The notes under the pieces were generated by a model that was not told where the DNA came from, made no database searches, and saw only the letters and a list, made by a program, of their open reading frames with translations. This document shows, one piece after another, positions 43,517 through 58,035 of a stretch of DNA of 64,000 bases (the stretch's first letter is position 1; every line of letters begins with the position of its first letter). The stretch is from Eledone cirrhosa (Eukaryota): positions 45,446,001 through 45,510,000 of the forward strand of contig OZ024749.1 of NCBI GenBank assembly GCA_964016885.1, given 5' to 3'. The position numbers were made by a program, and so were the translations under genes.

Positions 43517-44569
43517 CTTTATATATATGTAATCACACACACACATGTATTATATACACATGAGTATAAGTGTTATTGAGTATGTACGTGTAAGTATAGA
43601 GATACACACATGCACATATCTTAATTTATATATAAATGTTTTCATGCACTTATCTCTGCTTTCGTACTAACACACAAAGAATTCTTCACATTCCCTTACA
43701 TATCCACCCACGGGGCTCTTATATCACACAAACAAACAAACAAACACAGAACCAGACACACACACACAACTAACACATACACACACACCCAAAACAAACG
43801 CATAGCAGCTCACCCTCACAAATATCTATGTATTTATATATGTGTTTTCTTTTGCAGCGATTCTGATCAAACGTCTGAAGTTTGGCTATCTAGGGTAAAT
43901 AGAGCGCACAATATGTAAAAGGAACCATTTTCTAAAGAAGCCTCCGAATGCTTTCGTTATGGTATAGGTGGAATGGTGGTCTGATGCAGGGAGGGATAAT
44001 GGAGGGACTACGATTTATTTCGTTTGAGATAAATACCACTTGTTATCTCTGTGTGTGACGACGACAAACCATTACAGATAGCCGTAGAAATTGTATTAAA
44101 GACATTCATATCATTTCCATTGTTATTTTCTTCATAGCCCTCTGAAATTTCTCTTTCCATTTCCCTCGCTATCTCTTTGTTTTTATATCTCTATCTCACT
44201 CGTTCCCTCTATAACTAACAATTTTGCACACTCTGACTCTAAACCATGCTTGTCAATCTATCCATATAACTTGCTATATCACACTAACAATACATAACTA
44301 ACCATTTTGCAAAGATAGCCAGCTTTCTCTATTTTTCTGTACCCCTCACTATCTCCTTGTCACTCAGTCGGTAACTATTACTGTCATTAACTCTTACTAT
44401 TTCTCTAAGCCACAATTCTCTGTCTCTCTATCCCAATCGCCTTCCATTTGTCTCTCTATCTTTATTTCAATATTACGCTCTCTATATACTTGTCATGCTT
44501 ACGCTTTCACTAATCACGTATCTCTATATTTCCCTGTCTTTACGTATAAATGTTGTTATCTATCTAACG

Positions 44570-44587
44570 TTCTCTCCAGCTCACTGT

Positions 44588-44667
<80 letters not shown>

Positions 44668-44706
44668 ATCAATCTATCTTCACTCTCTCCAACTCACTGT
44701 CCATCC

Positions 44707-44788
<82 letters not shown>

Positions 44789-44832
44789 ATCAATCTATCT
44801 ATCTATCTATCACTCTCTCCAACTCACTGTTC

Positions 44833-44884
<52 letters not shown>

Positions 44885-44901
44885 GTCCATCTATCTATCT
44901 A
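44570..44901. repeat. Compound minisatellite: (TCTA)n blocks separated by ctctccaactcactgt
   Basis: Spacer occurs three times (about 44572, 44684, 44814). Confidence 0.9.
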
Positions 44902-45203
44902 GCCAGCTAACACTAACTCTCTTTTTATCCATCCATTTATCTCATATATTCTCTCCTCTCTCATTCATGCCACTCTGGCCTTCTCTGTCGTAAACTCTAC
45001 ACGTTGTGTTCTTTTATTTTCTATCTCAATCAACCTGTCTCTCTAACTCTCACTTTCTTTTTATATTTTTCCCTATCTAACTCTCTATAATTCCGTTTGA
45101 AATGCTTAGATATGCTGATGCATTAGTTGTGTTTTTCTTTCGTCTACATATAATTTATCTAGAATAAAAGCAATACTACTACTACAACAACAACAACAAC
45201 TAT

Positions 45204-45257
<54 letters not shown>

Positions 45258-45412
45258 CACTACTACTACTGCTATTAGCTATTTTCCCTACCTCTTGTGA
45301 ACATAAAATTCAAAGACAAATATGTATATGCACAACATACACACACAACACTCGCATACACATACATTATACTTACACATACTTACACACACAATATATA
45401 TATACATATATG

Positions 45413-45497
<85 letters not shown>

Positions 45498-45556
45498 GTG
45501 TGTGTTTGTATAAATATATATGTATATGCATGTATATATATATATATATATTTATA

Positions 45557-45636
<80 letters not shown>

Positions 45637-45916
45637 TATATGTGTGTACATATATTATATACTAATGTTGGCGTAAAAACCATACGCTATAACGGCAAAT
45701 TGAAAAATATGCTAACCAAATATATTTCTTCATATATGACTACGATAAGCCAATTATATAATTTTGCACATGATTTTCTTATATTGCATATCATCTGTAG
45801 TATGGGTAAGTGCTTAGAGTGTTCGAAGTCTTATCATAAGTAACATAGAAAAATATATCTCTTACTATTTGCGGACATCAATATAGATTTAAAATACTTG
45901 AAATACAAATGTAGAT

Positions 45917-46101
45917 AATTGTTTTTAATTTTGGCACAAGGCCAGCAAATACCCAGTGCATTACTGGAACTTTTTTTTATTTGACGCCGTAAGGATGAAA
46001 GGCAAAATTAAACTCAGCGGAAATTTGAACTCAGAATGGCAAGGGCCGTAACTCGATTCATCAAACATGGCGTCCGACCATCTACCGATACTACCAATCC
46101 G
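45917..46101 (-). mobile_element. tRNA-SINE family A
   Basis: Reverse-complement near full-length copy. Confidence 0.9.
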
Positions 46102-46810
46102 ATGATATCGTGCTCTAAGGGTTAATATATTGACAACTCTCGAAATAGTTGCCACTAAATGTATTTCTTGAGATATATGTTGAACAAAACATTGTAGTGA
46201 TACATCTGAACATAGGTGTCGATTTGTTTGTGTAAGGTACCTTATTTCTCTGCATGTCAATGCAGAATGCGGAGATATCTACGAAGTGTCACGAAAACTT
46301 GTCGGGATTCAAATAGACCAATACCTAATTCAAGCAGAGAATCCTCGTGGTTTTTTCCTTCCTTTCATAATCATCCAAATTGCAATTAGAATATGTATAC
46401 AAAGCGAATATTCATAATCATTTTTATGTAGAAGGCTTTTGTAATTTGCTTGAGACATGGTGATGTTTGAAAATGCTAGTGTATTACAGTGCTACATCAA
46501 AACGAATAGAGTAAATTGACTGCAACCCTGCCTATGTATCAGCGTAGATTTAGAGATGTGTTGTATACCGGTATTGACATAAATGCAATGCACTTCCTCA
46601 GAATCATTTTCGCTGTGTATGTAATTATAATTATCATTAACAAAAAAAATAACATATGTTTGCATTATATGTACAAACATATATATGTATATAAATACAT
46701 ACATGCAAACATTCATACATGCAGACACAGGTATATATACTATATATACTAACATATTTCTTTATTATCCGTCGTATGCTTTGTTGTTCCCTTTACATTT
46801 TCATATATAT

Positions 46811-47155
46811 ATAGTAATAATAATAAATTTGAAGACTAAGATCCAAACAGGGCTCGATAAGGATACATATATATCAAATATATAAGAACCCAAAGCAAAT
46901 ATATATTAAAATAACAGATTAAAGTTTAAGCAAAGAATCGCTGCTTTTACCCTTTAACGGAACTTCTGAATCTAAAAAAATCAATCTGTGAACGTCTTTA
47001 CGAACCAAAGTATCATCTTCCTGTTTTCCTTCGATTGCAACGTTTTTCGAAATATTTATTTCTGCGTTCACAGATTGATTTTTGGGGTTTCAGAAGATCC
47101 CGTTAAGGGTGAAAGCAACGATTCTTTGCCTAAACTTTTATCTGTTATTTTAATA
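46811..47155 (+). mobile_element. Family P4 element with about 90-bp inverted arms
   Basis: Arms 46904-46994 and 47065-47155; 3' end runs into (TAAA)n(TA)n. Confidence 0.82.
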
Positions 47156-47176
47156 AATAAATAAATAAATAAATAA

Positions 47177-47230
<54 letters not shown>

Positions 47231-47625
47231 ATATAATATAATATATATATATATGTGGGTGTGTGTCTGTAAGTGTGATTATTTTTTAGTGTTTGTTTGT
47301 GCTCATGTTTAATTATGTTTTATATAATGTTTAAACACATGGGTTTTAGAGTATTTATATATATAACGCTAAAATGTTGACAAAATTTGAATATAAGCAT
47401 ATATAAAATTTGCGAATATAATTGTTGATGCGTACGTTTCTATGAATGTGTGAGGATGGCTGTATTAGTGAACTGTTTTGCTCATTAACTTTACATACAT
47501 ACATATATATTATTAAGAATCATATTAGAATAGCATGAAGCAACTGCTGAATCTCTCTGCTTCAATTCTCATTGTCTCTAACTATGGATACACATGCAGA
47601 CACATAAACACATACATATGCTGTT

Positions 47626-47710
<85 letters not shown>

Positions 47711-48206
47711 TATATTTATATATGTATACATACACACGTACAAACATATATTTATACATAGGCAAGTACGCCGGTATTAATGAAATACATGGCTCTATGA
47801 TATTTTGATATGCAACAACGTGTGGTGAATTTGTGTGTATGTATTCATATAGCTGTTTATATAGCTGTTTATCTTGGAAGTTGTATGGAGTTGGCACCCT
47901 CTGGAGTACTTGGGGAACCGCTCTGGTGATTGTATAGCCAATATAAACAAATATTACGTCAGCAAAATTGGATTGGCTTCCATGCTGGTTTACAGTAAAT
48001 TACATTAACTCGGACAATATAACTTCGTGTTTTATTTTTGTTTATTCATAAATATTCAACCACTTTTAATATTATTGAAAATTCTAAAGTCTGATTCGAT
48101 GAACTACAAGATTCATACGCATATGCAATTATACAAGCAAACAAATCATGCAAACATACGCGCCTATACATATAAGTGTGTATGTACCTGAATATGTGCC
48201 TGTTTA

Positions 48207-48260
<54 letters not shown>

Positions 48261-48559
48261 TGTGTATATATATATATAAACATATACATGCATATATATG
48301 TATATATAATCACATATACGTGCATATAGTCAATATATATATATATGACTATATACATACACACACGCACACACACATATATATAGATATATGTGTATAT
48401 ATATATATATATAATCATATACATGCATATATATGTATATATAATCATATACGTGCATATAATCAATATATATATGTCTATACACAGACACACGCACACA
48501 CACACACACGCGCGCCCGCGTGCGCGCACACACACACACACATATATAGATATATATAT

Positions 48560-48727
48560 ATAGGAAAAAGTATGACCCTGACGGCAGAGCTCAAGCCGTT
48601 TCTTCGAAACGGCTTGAGCTCTGCGGTCGGGTCATACTTTTTCCTATTTCCCACTCTACTACCCTAAGTATTGAGTAATCTGGTGCGTTATGGTCCATCT
48701 GGTTCCTTACCACATTTCCTTTGTTTT
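48560..48727 (+). mobile_element. Family P1 element with 43-bp hairpin
   Basis: 48560-48602 pairs with 48606-48647 (1 mismatch, 1 indel, 3-nt loop); the remainder matches the 9871 and 60243 copies. Confidence 0.85.
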
Positions 48728-49689
48728 ATATATATATATATATATATTCATATATATAATATTATATGTGCGTATTTTATATTTTATATTTGTCCTCTAA
48801 GTAACAATTTGTAATTGAAAACCATTCGATATGTAATGTTTCTGATTACTGCTGTGACTGTACTGCACACCTCATCGTGCTTCAAATATTGGTACTATTG
48901 GATATCCAAGATATTTCAAGTGCAATATTGCTATACATCTACTGTTTTAAGGTGTTTGGGTTCATAACAGATTTTTCCTGTCTCCCTGGGTTTACGAGAA
49001 ACAATATAACATTAAATAAACCTGTTTATTATATATCATTTACAATTTACATGTAGGCAGGTCACTCTGGAAATAGGGGTGGGTGCTGAGCCTATTACGT
49101 GGCCTAGATGGGGGACAGACGCCACCAAAGTTTGAGAACATCTGTATTAAACGATACACGCACAAGGTACTGCAGGATTACGAAGCAAATATATTAACAG
49201 CATAGTAAGGTCTGGACAGCGCCAGTTGCAGATAAGGACGTATACAATTATACAAAGGAAATAATATAGATATATATATATAAATGCATTACTGGAATAA
49301 AGAAGAAACATATCTTTATATTAGATAATATATATCTCTGCAAAATGAAGCAGATGTTATATAAGCCTTTTATGATTTATGTTGTTCATTACCAATCATG
49401 TTGAACAAGGCTATCTATCACTATATGGGCCCACTTCTATTCTCCTGTCAAATGTGTTCATCTTCATATATGAGAATAAAATTGTGTTTGAGGGATAGTT
49501 AGTAGTTATCTCTAGATTTGAAAAGCGTTCTCTAAAGATACCAGCATGTCAGTCAGAAGGCATGTCTGTACACAGGCATGGCTTCTCAACTACAAGCTTT
49601 ACGCAATAATCCAACACAACTACAAAGATTGCAGTTGTAACCTAAAATGTTGCTACAACCTAAGTAACTGCAACCTAAAAGCCCAGGAA

Positions 49690-49985
49690 TTAGTAGTTAG
49701 AGCAATCGGGAATTTGTGAGTTCGATTCTTACACCGAATGAACAAGAGACTTTAGTTTGCTTTGCTCCATTTTACTCATCTGTAGGAATGAGTTGCGAGG
49801 TCACTGGTACCAAGGTGTATAATGTATTTACCTTCCCATTGGACAACATTGGGGGCAGGGTGAAGAGAGAGTGGTATGGATGGATGACTGATGGTCTTTG
49901 ACAAAAAACTTGCCATGACTTGTGCCTCGCAGGGGAACATTGTAGGTGCATATCACATGGTAATTTATGACCGAAGGGTGTCTTT
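49690..49985 (+). mobile_element. Old CORE-type SINE
   Basis: gtgagttcgattc B box, aacaagagacttta..ttgctcca..gagttgcga CORE-like segment resembling family B, with a different 3' tail. Confidence 0.6.
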
Positions 49986-50046
49986 GACATTTATTTTCTC
50001 TCTCTCTCACCCCCCTATCTCTCTCTCTCACTTTATCTCTCTCTGC

Positions 50047-50126
<80 letters not shown>

Positions 50127-50128
50127 AA

Positions 50129-50186
<58 letters not shown>

Positions 50187-50229
50187 AAAAAGGGATGAAA
50201 TCGAAAATGCAACTGAAGTCTTATTTTTA

Positions 50230-50282
<53 letters not shown>

Positions 50283-50845
50283 CGTTGTGTGCGTGATGAT
50301 ATATATATTTTATCCTGCCATCTCTTTCTCTCTCTCTATATATAAATATATGTGTGTGTCAATAGACGTACGCATTAATGTATGTGAGTCATGGTGTACA
50401 TGTGTGCGCGTGTGTATATGCCTCAGTTTGCGTTTGTGTTTGTATAAGTCAACCAGCTGAGACTGACGTCACAACACTAGAAATACCACACACAAATAAT
50501 ATAAAATAACCTAATATATACTCACATATACAGACACTCAGATGCATGCACCCACATACACACACATAGACACCCACACATATATATATATATATCGTTG
50601 GGAATTAGACAATCTGCATTTCTTGTTGCAAGTTGAATTTACTTCAACTCTTATGAATGATATGTGACACCGTAAGAAAACAATAGTAACAACAAAAATA
50701 TGATGATATTCGTAATAATAATAATAATAAAAATCATAATAATAATAATAATAAAAATATTGCTGATAAATGTTTGAGGCCGAACAAGCTGGTATATATC
50801 AGCAATATTTTTGTATATATATGTATATATTCATACGTGTATATA

Positions 50846-50899
<54 letters not shown>

Positions 50900-51350
50900 T
50901 ATATACATATATACTAGTGTGTGTCCATATGTGTGCAAGTTAGTGTGTCGATGTGTGTATGTATATGTATGTATGTTTGCGCATATGTACATATATATAT
51001 ATATATATATAAAGGTTATATGGGAAAACAAACACATTACATTCATACGTGTATAGCTATGATGTGGCTGCATGTATATATATATATATATTTCTTATTT
51101 TATTTGTTTTTTTATATTTACTATGTTTTATGTATATTTTCAAATTTTAGGACAAAAGATTTTCAAAACGAAAGACGGCTGGCAATATATTGATCTTTCG
51201 TTTGAAAATAAAAGACTGATATAGAAGCTTCGTGAATTGATTTCTTCCTCGGTTACAAACGTTTGTGTGGCTTTAAAATGTTCTCATAAAACGTTTGCTG
51301 AACAGATTGTTTGAAAAGTTGATAATCCTTCGTAGCAATGATTTTTAAGG

Positions 51351-51492
<142 letters not shown>

Positions 51493-51546
51493 ATACAGAA
51501 ATTCACTAAGAGATACACTCACACATGCATATAAACAATTATATAT

Positions 51547-51685
<139 letters not shown>

Positions 51686-51768
51686 AATATATAAATTAAT
51701 ATATATATATTTATATATATATAAATATAAATATAAATATATATATCAATCAATCTCCCCCCCCCTCG

Positions 51769-51837
<69 letters not shown>

Positions 51838-52194
51838 TGTCTGTGCATACATTATATAGATTCATATATAAAAATGTGTGTATGCGTGTGGAGAATCTGT
51901 TTGTCTATATAATCATAACATTTGAGGGTTTGATTTATATTTGTACTTTTATTTTCTCAATCAGGTCACAGTGTCAAACTCTTTATGAGACTATTTACCA
52001 AACTCAGTATTTCTTACTACTTTATAAGTCAAAATCCCGGAAACTTTATTACCGAAATCACCATCATCATCATCATTGTTATAGTATTCCTAGTTATCTT
52101 AGTATAGCCATAAATGTCATCATCATGATATCGTGACCTGGATGATAAAGGTGATGAAAAGCGACTACACTAGCCTCAGCACAACAAGTAATAC

Positions 52195-52810
52195 TATCAC
52201 TAACAACACCACCAGCACCACAAACCACACGATCAACAACAACACCAACAGAGCCACCATCCAACCACCACCACCACCATCCAACCACCACCACCACCAC
52301 CACCACCAGCAGCACGATAATCATTACTAGCACCACCAACAACACCAGCGCTACAAGCACCACCAGCACCACCAGCACTACTACCACCACCAGTAACACC
52401 AGCAATACGAACACCACCAACAACACCAGCACCACCAGCACCACAAGCAACAACAACACCAGCAACACCAGCACTACAACCACCACCAGCAACACCAGCA
52501 CTACTACCACCACCAACAACACCAGCAACACCAGCACTACTACCACCACCAACAACACCAGTACTACTACCACCACCAGCAACACCAGCACTACAAGCAC
52601 CAACAGCACTACAAGTAAAAACACCACCACCAGCCCCACCAGCCCCACCAGCACCACCAGCACTACTACCACCACCAGGAACACCAGCACTACTACCACA
52701 AGCACCAACAACACCAGCACCACAAGCATCAACAACACCAGCACTGCCAGCACCAACAGCACTGCCAGCACCTACAGCACCACCATCAACACAATCATCA
52801 CAAGCACCAA
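52195..52810. repeat. Degenerate CAN-triplet (CAC/CAA/CAG/CTA) satellite
   Basis: Recurrent caacaccagcactactaccaccac higher-order unit. Confidence 0.9.
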
Positions 52811-52907
52811 GAGAACCAGCCATCATTGTAATCACCAATATCAACTTTAGCATGATTATCATTGTTGTCACATCTGTACATATCATTATATTCATTATTA
52901 CCGTATT

Positions 52908-53157
52908 GTACCAGTAATATACTGCTTTAATTGCTGGCCTTGTGCCAAAATTAGAAACAATTATTATATAGTTCGAGGGCGGTAGATTGGCAGAGGATCG
53001 GACATCATGCTTTGCAGCATAGAGTTACGCCCCATTATTATCTGAGTTCAAATCCCGCCGAGGTTAACTTTGCCTTTCATCCTTACGGGGTCAATAAAAT
53101 AAAGTACCAGTAATGTACTGGTATAATTGGCGGCCTTTTGCCAAAAGTAGAAATAAT
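52908..53157 (+). mobile_element. Tandem SINE family A (3' stub plus full copy) within one TSD
   Basis: Stub 52908-52962, full copy 52977-53157; attattaccgtattgta at 52894-52910 and 53156-53172. Confidence 0.88.
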
Positions 53158-53281
53158 TATTACCGTATTGTAAATAAAGTTAGTTTCTCGATATATATAT
53201 ATGTGATCGAAAAATACACTTTCTTTCAATTCTGTCTCGATTGAAATCAAGTACAAAGTTCCCCTTCTCTCGTAGACCAAC

Positions 53282-53318
<37 letters not shown>

Positions 53319-53324
53319 ACCCAT

Positions 53325-53364
<40 letters not shown>

Positions 53365-53406
53365 GCACACACACATACACACGCATACACACACACAAAC
53401 ACCCAC

Positions 53407-53444
<38 letters not shown>

Positions 53445-53508
53445 ACACCCACACATACACACACACACACACAAACACCCACACACGCACACACCCATAC
53501 ACACACAC

Positions 53509-53539
<31 letters not shown>

Positions 53540-53699
53540 TACATACACACACATACACAGACACACACACACACATACACACGCACACACACACACATAC
53601 ACACGCACACACACACACATACACACGCACACACACACATACCCACACACATACCAATGCGTTGTTATTCCTAACTGTTCCTATAGAGCTGTTCCAAAC

Positions 53700-53941
53700 G
53701 ATATATATTTACGTCCCTTTACGTTCTAATTTTAAATCCCACTGAAGTTAAGCGTTGCCTGTCATCCTTCTGTGGTCTATAAAATAAAATACCAGTAACA
53801 CACTGGGGTAAAATTTAATCGGCTACCCATGATTGTTGCCCTTGTGTCTAAATCAGAAAACATTATTTTTATCATTAACTTTGATGTTCAGGCATTCGAG
53901 ATGTATTTCACATCACTCTTATAAGTTTGTTTTATTTTCAC

Positions 53942-53974
<33 letters not shown>

Positions 53975-54062
53975 TGCCTTTCATCCTTACGGTGTCGATA
54001 AAATAAAGTACCAGTAATGCACTGGTAAATTTCTGGCCTTGTGCCTAACGTAGAAACAATTA
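53700..54062 (+). mobile_element. Two SINE family A fragments (53700-53865 old long variant; 53973-54062 3' half)
   Basis: ttacgtccctttacgttct...aaaataaaataccagtaacacactgggg; ttgcctttcatccttacggtgtcgataaaataaagtacc. Confidence 0.8.
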
Positions 54063-54077
54063 TTATTATTATTATTA

Positions 54078-54079
54078 GT

Positions 54080-54117
<38 letters not shown>

Positions 54118-54292
54118 TGTAGTAGTAGGAGGAGTAGTAGTAGTAGTAATAGTAGTAGTAGTAGTAGGAGTAGTAGTAGTAGTAGTAGTAGGAGTAGTAG
54201 TAGAGGCAAATTCACGATGCTAATAATATCACAACCGTCATCATCATCATCATCATCATCATCATCACCATCGCCATAATCATCATCACCAT

Positions 54293-54342
<50 letters not shown>

Positions 54343-54397
54343 CCATCGCCATAATCCTCATCACCATCACCACCACCATCATCATCACCATAATCAT
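54078..54397. repeat. (GTA)n and (CAT/CAC)n arrays
   Basis: Direct reading. Confidence 0.95.
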
Positions 54398-54806
54398 TTG
54401 CAGAAATACCCTTTTTTCACCATCGCTAAAACAATATAATGTATGGATTATTCGTCACCAATATTATCATTTTGATCACCATCATTGTCACGATAATGAA
54501 CATCATACTCTTAATGGTATTGATGAATACAATGATGACAATCATAATGGTCATCTTATATAGTCATCATCCACATCACCATCACCATCATCATCATAGT
54601 CATCGTCCTGTCTCCATGGTTGCCCTACACGTTATGTTGCGTCAGGTGCACCGAACAATATTTTTAAATCTAAATATTGAATGTGTGATAGTTTATAGTA
54701 TGAATAATGTATGAAGTGTAATACAATATCGTGGTGGTGGTGACTCTTGCGACACAGGGACTAGCTTATTACACAGAGCTACGTGAAGTAGGATATATGA
54801 TTATAT

Positions 54807-54841
<35 letters not shown>

Positions 54842-54865
54842 GCATATATATATATATATGCAAAG

Positions 54866-55239
54866 TTTTATTTAAATTGTTGGGTTACAACGAGCAAATA
54901 TTTATAACTGATATAAAAGCACTCAACAAGTATTTGGAGTATATTTACGATATTAAATAAATGGAAACTATATTTATAAAACCATATTTATTTCATTATA
55001 TATATTTCAGGGATATCATATTAAAAATATGGTATGCCTTCTTCAGACAAAATACAATATAAACAGTCTTATAAATGGAAGTTGAAGTCGTAAGGTATGT
55101 CAAATCTATCTATTTATAAGACTGTTTATATTGTATTTTGTCTGAAGAAGGCATACCACATTTTTAATATGATATCCCTGAAATATATATAATGAAATAA
55201 ATATGGTTTTATAAATATAGTATCCATTTATTTAATATC
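54866..55239 (+). mobile_element. Family P2 element with 131-bp inverted duplication
   Basis: Arms 54949-55079 and 55109-55239 (about 3 mismatches); CTGAAGA 55142-55148 ... GAAA 55180-55183; (TA)n on both sides. Confidence 0.85.
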
Positions 55240-55274
<35 letters not shown>

Positions 55275-55305
55275 TATATATATACACACATATGAAGAAG
55301 AAGAA

Positions 55306-55517
55306 CGATCGACTTTCGTCAAATCGGACCGAGGGAACAATGTTTCCGTTGGTCTTTCCAATTGCTAATACTGTCTATCGGTCGCAACTCCAGGTAGAAG
55401 GAGCAACGTGAAATAAAGTGTCTTGCTCAAGGACATAACGCATCGCCTGGTCCAGGAATCGAACTCACAACCTTACGATTGCGAATCCAATTCTCTAACC
55501 ACTCAGCCACACGCCTT
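55306..55517 (-). mobile_element. CORE-type SINE family B
   Basis: Near-identical to 13459-13670. Confidence 0.88.
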
Positions 55518-55534
55518 CATATATATATACACAA

Positions 55535-55640
55535 AAAGGCAGGAGCTCGGCTGTCGGGGTCTCGACTCCTTCATATCATCACACTCTACAATTCCATGTA
55601 TCGAGTACTCTGGTGAATAATAGTCAAACAGGTTTTTATT
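55535..55640 (+). mobile_element. Old family P1 fragment
   Basis: gagctcggctgtcggggtc...cacactctac..gtatcgagtactctggtg. Confidence 0.6.
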
Positions 55641-56230
55641 GTATCCATTCTTATTAAGGCAGAGTTGTGAGTCTTGTTACTCTAAAGTTTATCACAGCCT
55701 TGATGATGCATATGAGAAATACCAGAGTTACAACACTCACTATTTCGCCTTAATGGTAATAAGCTGGTAGAAATAGCCAAGCTTCAGAACAACTAAAGAA
55801 TATTCAATATTGCTAATGATTTTCTCCTTATTATGAATGGAATATTAATGGATAAACTAATATTATCGGTTCTTTACTTTAAATATGTTGAACTCGCATT
55901 CAACCATATCATTCCTAGTATAGAGAAATTCTTAGGTAAATATGGTAACAATATTTTGCAAAACATTATCTTATTTTAATGCAGAAATGAATAGTTTTGC
56001 TATATGATTCTATGCTGAAGTAAATTAATATATGGCAAACATGTAGCGAGGAAAAATTCGTATAATGTTTTGATATATGTGAGGTCAATGACAAGACAAG
56101 TGAAACACTTTAGAAAAATATTGAAAATGAATTGAAATGTTAGGTAGAGGACATAGAATATTTAAATTAGTATTTAAATTAGTCCAATCCGTTTCGGTAT
56201 AGCCACAGGAACTATAATTTAAAATTAATT

Positions 56231-56391
56231 GTTTCTACTTTTGGCATAAGGCTAGACATTATTCCAGTGTATTACTGGTACTTTATTTTCATCGACCCCA
56301 TAAGGATGAAAGACAAAGATAACCTCGGCGGGATTTGAATTCAGATTGTAAAGGGACGTAACTCTTTGCTGCAAAGCATGGCGTCCGACCC
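56231..56391 (-). mobile_element. tRNA-SINE family A, 5'-truncated
   Basis: Reverse-complement copy with atttaaaatt on both sides. Confidence 0.88.
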
Positions 56392-57230
56392 ATTTAAAAT
56401 TGATTTAAAATTAATGCGAGCGTTGATGTAGTTTCGCCCCCAAGTCAAGCATGATCGATGAAGCAATGATGAAAGGAGTTCAACTGTGTCTCACTCGTAT
56501 TTTCTTTTGAAATACAGGAAATCTAGAACTGCTTTACTCTATGTGTATTTCCTTTTTTAAATAAATGTACGTCGTGACTTGTGTAATATTTGCCTGTTAA
56601 ATTTAGCTCACATTGTTATATATTCGATTTGTAATAATGGTATATTTAGATCTTGGAGAGAACTCTTATCAATTCCCTGAGGTGTTGTTTTGCTTTTGTA
56701 TCAAATTTATCGGCCTTGCGCACAGGACGGAGCAATATTAAACATGCAGAGATTAGAAATCAAAATAATCAAAACATTGGATGAATTTAGTATATGTTGA
56801 GGTATGTATGCGATACATTGAATTTTTAACACTGAAATCAACTCCAACGCCAATGACATTCAAATCAACGTCATCATTAATACGGTAGTAACATGGAAGT
56901 AAGGGGGGAAAGTGAGTGAAACTCTTGTAGACCTCACTGTCTTGATCTGTATCGATCTGCTCGATTCTATTCGGACTGAGAATTTAGTGACATCACATTT
57001 AAAAACATATATTCCAATGCAGACCAGGTGACGATTGAAACAAATCTCCACCTTTATCGACTCAGTATTTATAGAACCAATTAAAATATGTTGTATTATT
57101 ACACCAATCCCTATAATAATTTCCACAATAGCTTTGACAATTGTACTTGAAGACGAAGCAATGATGAAAATCTTCTCTCGTATGGCTAGCAACCTAATTT
57201 CAACACCTGCCAGTAAACGCTCTTTGATAG

Positions 57231-57600
57231 CAACATGAAACACCTCCTGTCTTAGATAATTATAATGTTAAATTACTATTTGATTTTAGCATACAAGCAG
57301 ACCACCGTATAGCACATGATCAAACTGACATTATTTTCCATGACATATATTACAATAGTGTACTAATTATCGGCATAGCAATACCATATGACTAGAATGT
57401 TCTCTGCAGATGTGAGCTGAAAAGCTAATGAATTACATATATATAGCTCTTAAACTACAGCATTATAGACATGGCTTTCTTCCTACTCGTAATTCATGCA
57501 ACTAATATAATACATAAATTGTCAACAAGTACTAGCGTAGTATCACTCCAGAAAATGGGAATATGTGGATCTATTAAATTAATTTAGGACAGGTTAGGAC
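57231..57600 (+). mobile_element. Ancient R4/Dong-like RLE endonuclease remnant
   Basis: QHETPPVLDNYNVKLLFDFSIQADHRIAHDQTDIIFHD...VLIIGIAIPYD*NV resembles the R4-clade pattern H.P..V.EN...K.LWDF.IQTD..I...RPD.....D.A.P.D; later LQKMGICGSIKLI. Confidence 0.7.
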
Positions 57601-57690
57601 AATATAAAGCCCATGCAGTTTAGGTATATAGTTTTACTAAATACTGCCAAGGCTGGAATGCATATTTCAATTTTCAGCATAATATTGTAA

Positions 57691-57733
<43 letters not shown>

Positions 57734-57817
57734 CCTCTCTTTCTGGCTCTCTCTCTCTTTCTCACGCTCTCTCCCTCTCTCTCTCACTCACTCTCTATGC
57801 ACAGCCATATATATATT

Positions 57818-57849
<32 letters not shown>

Positions 57850-57992
57850 GGGTGTGTGTGTGGGTGGGTGGGGCGGCTGGGGGGGTTATATATATATATA
57901 TATATACATGTATACACACATACTCATACATAAACAGATATTTATGTATACAGACAGACATACATATATGTATATACACATACACATACATA

Positions 57993-58035
<43 letters not shown>

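Noticed and set aside
44570-44901. Repeat-spacer pattern superficially like a CRISPR array
   Set aside because: The intervening sequence is (TCTA)n, not unique spacers; eukaryotic context with no cas genes.
52094-52895. Gly/Ala/Val-rich or Thr-rich ORFs resembling silk, mucin or membrane proteins
   Set aside because: Degenerate CAN triplet satellite open in several frames; no signal peptide or convincing splice sites.
56860-57243. 127-aa hydrophobic minus-strand ORF
   Set aside because: No recognisable motif; lies antisense and adjacent to a decayed RLE retroelement, so probably a chance ORF.
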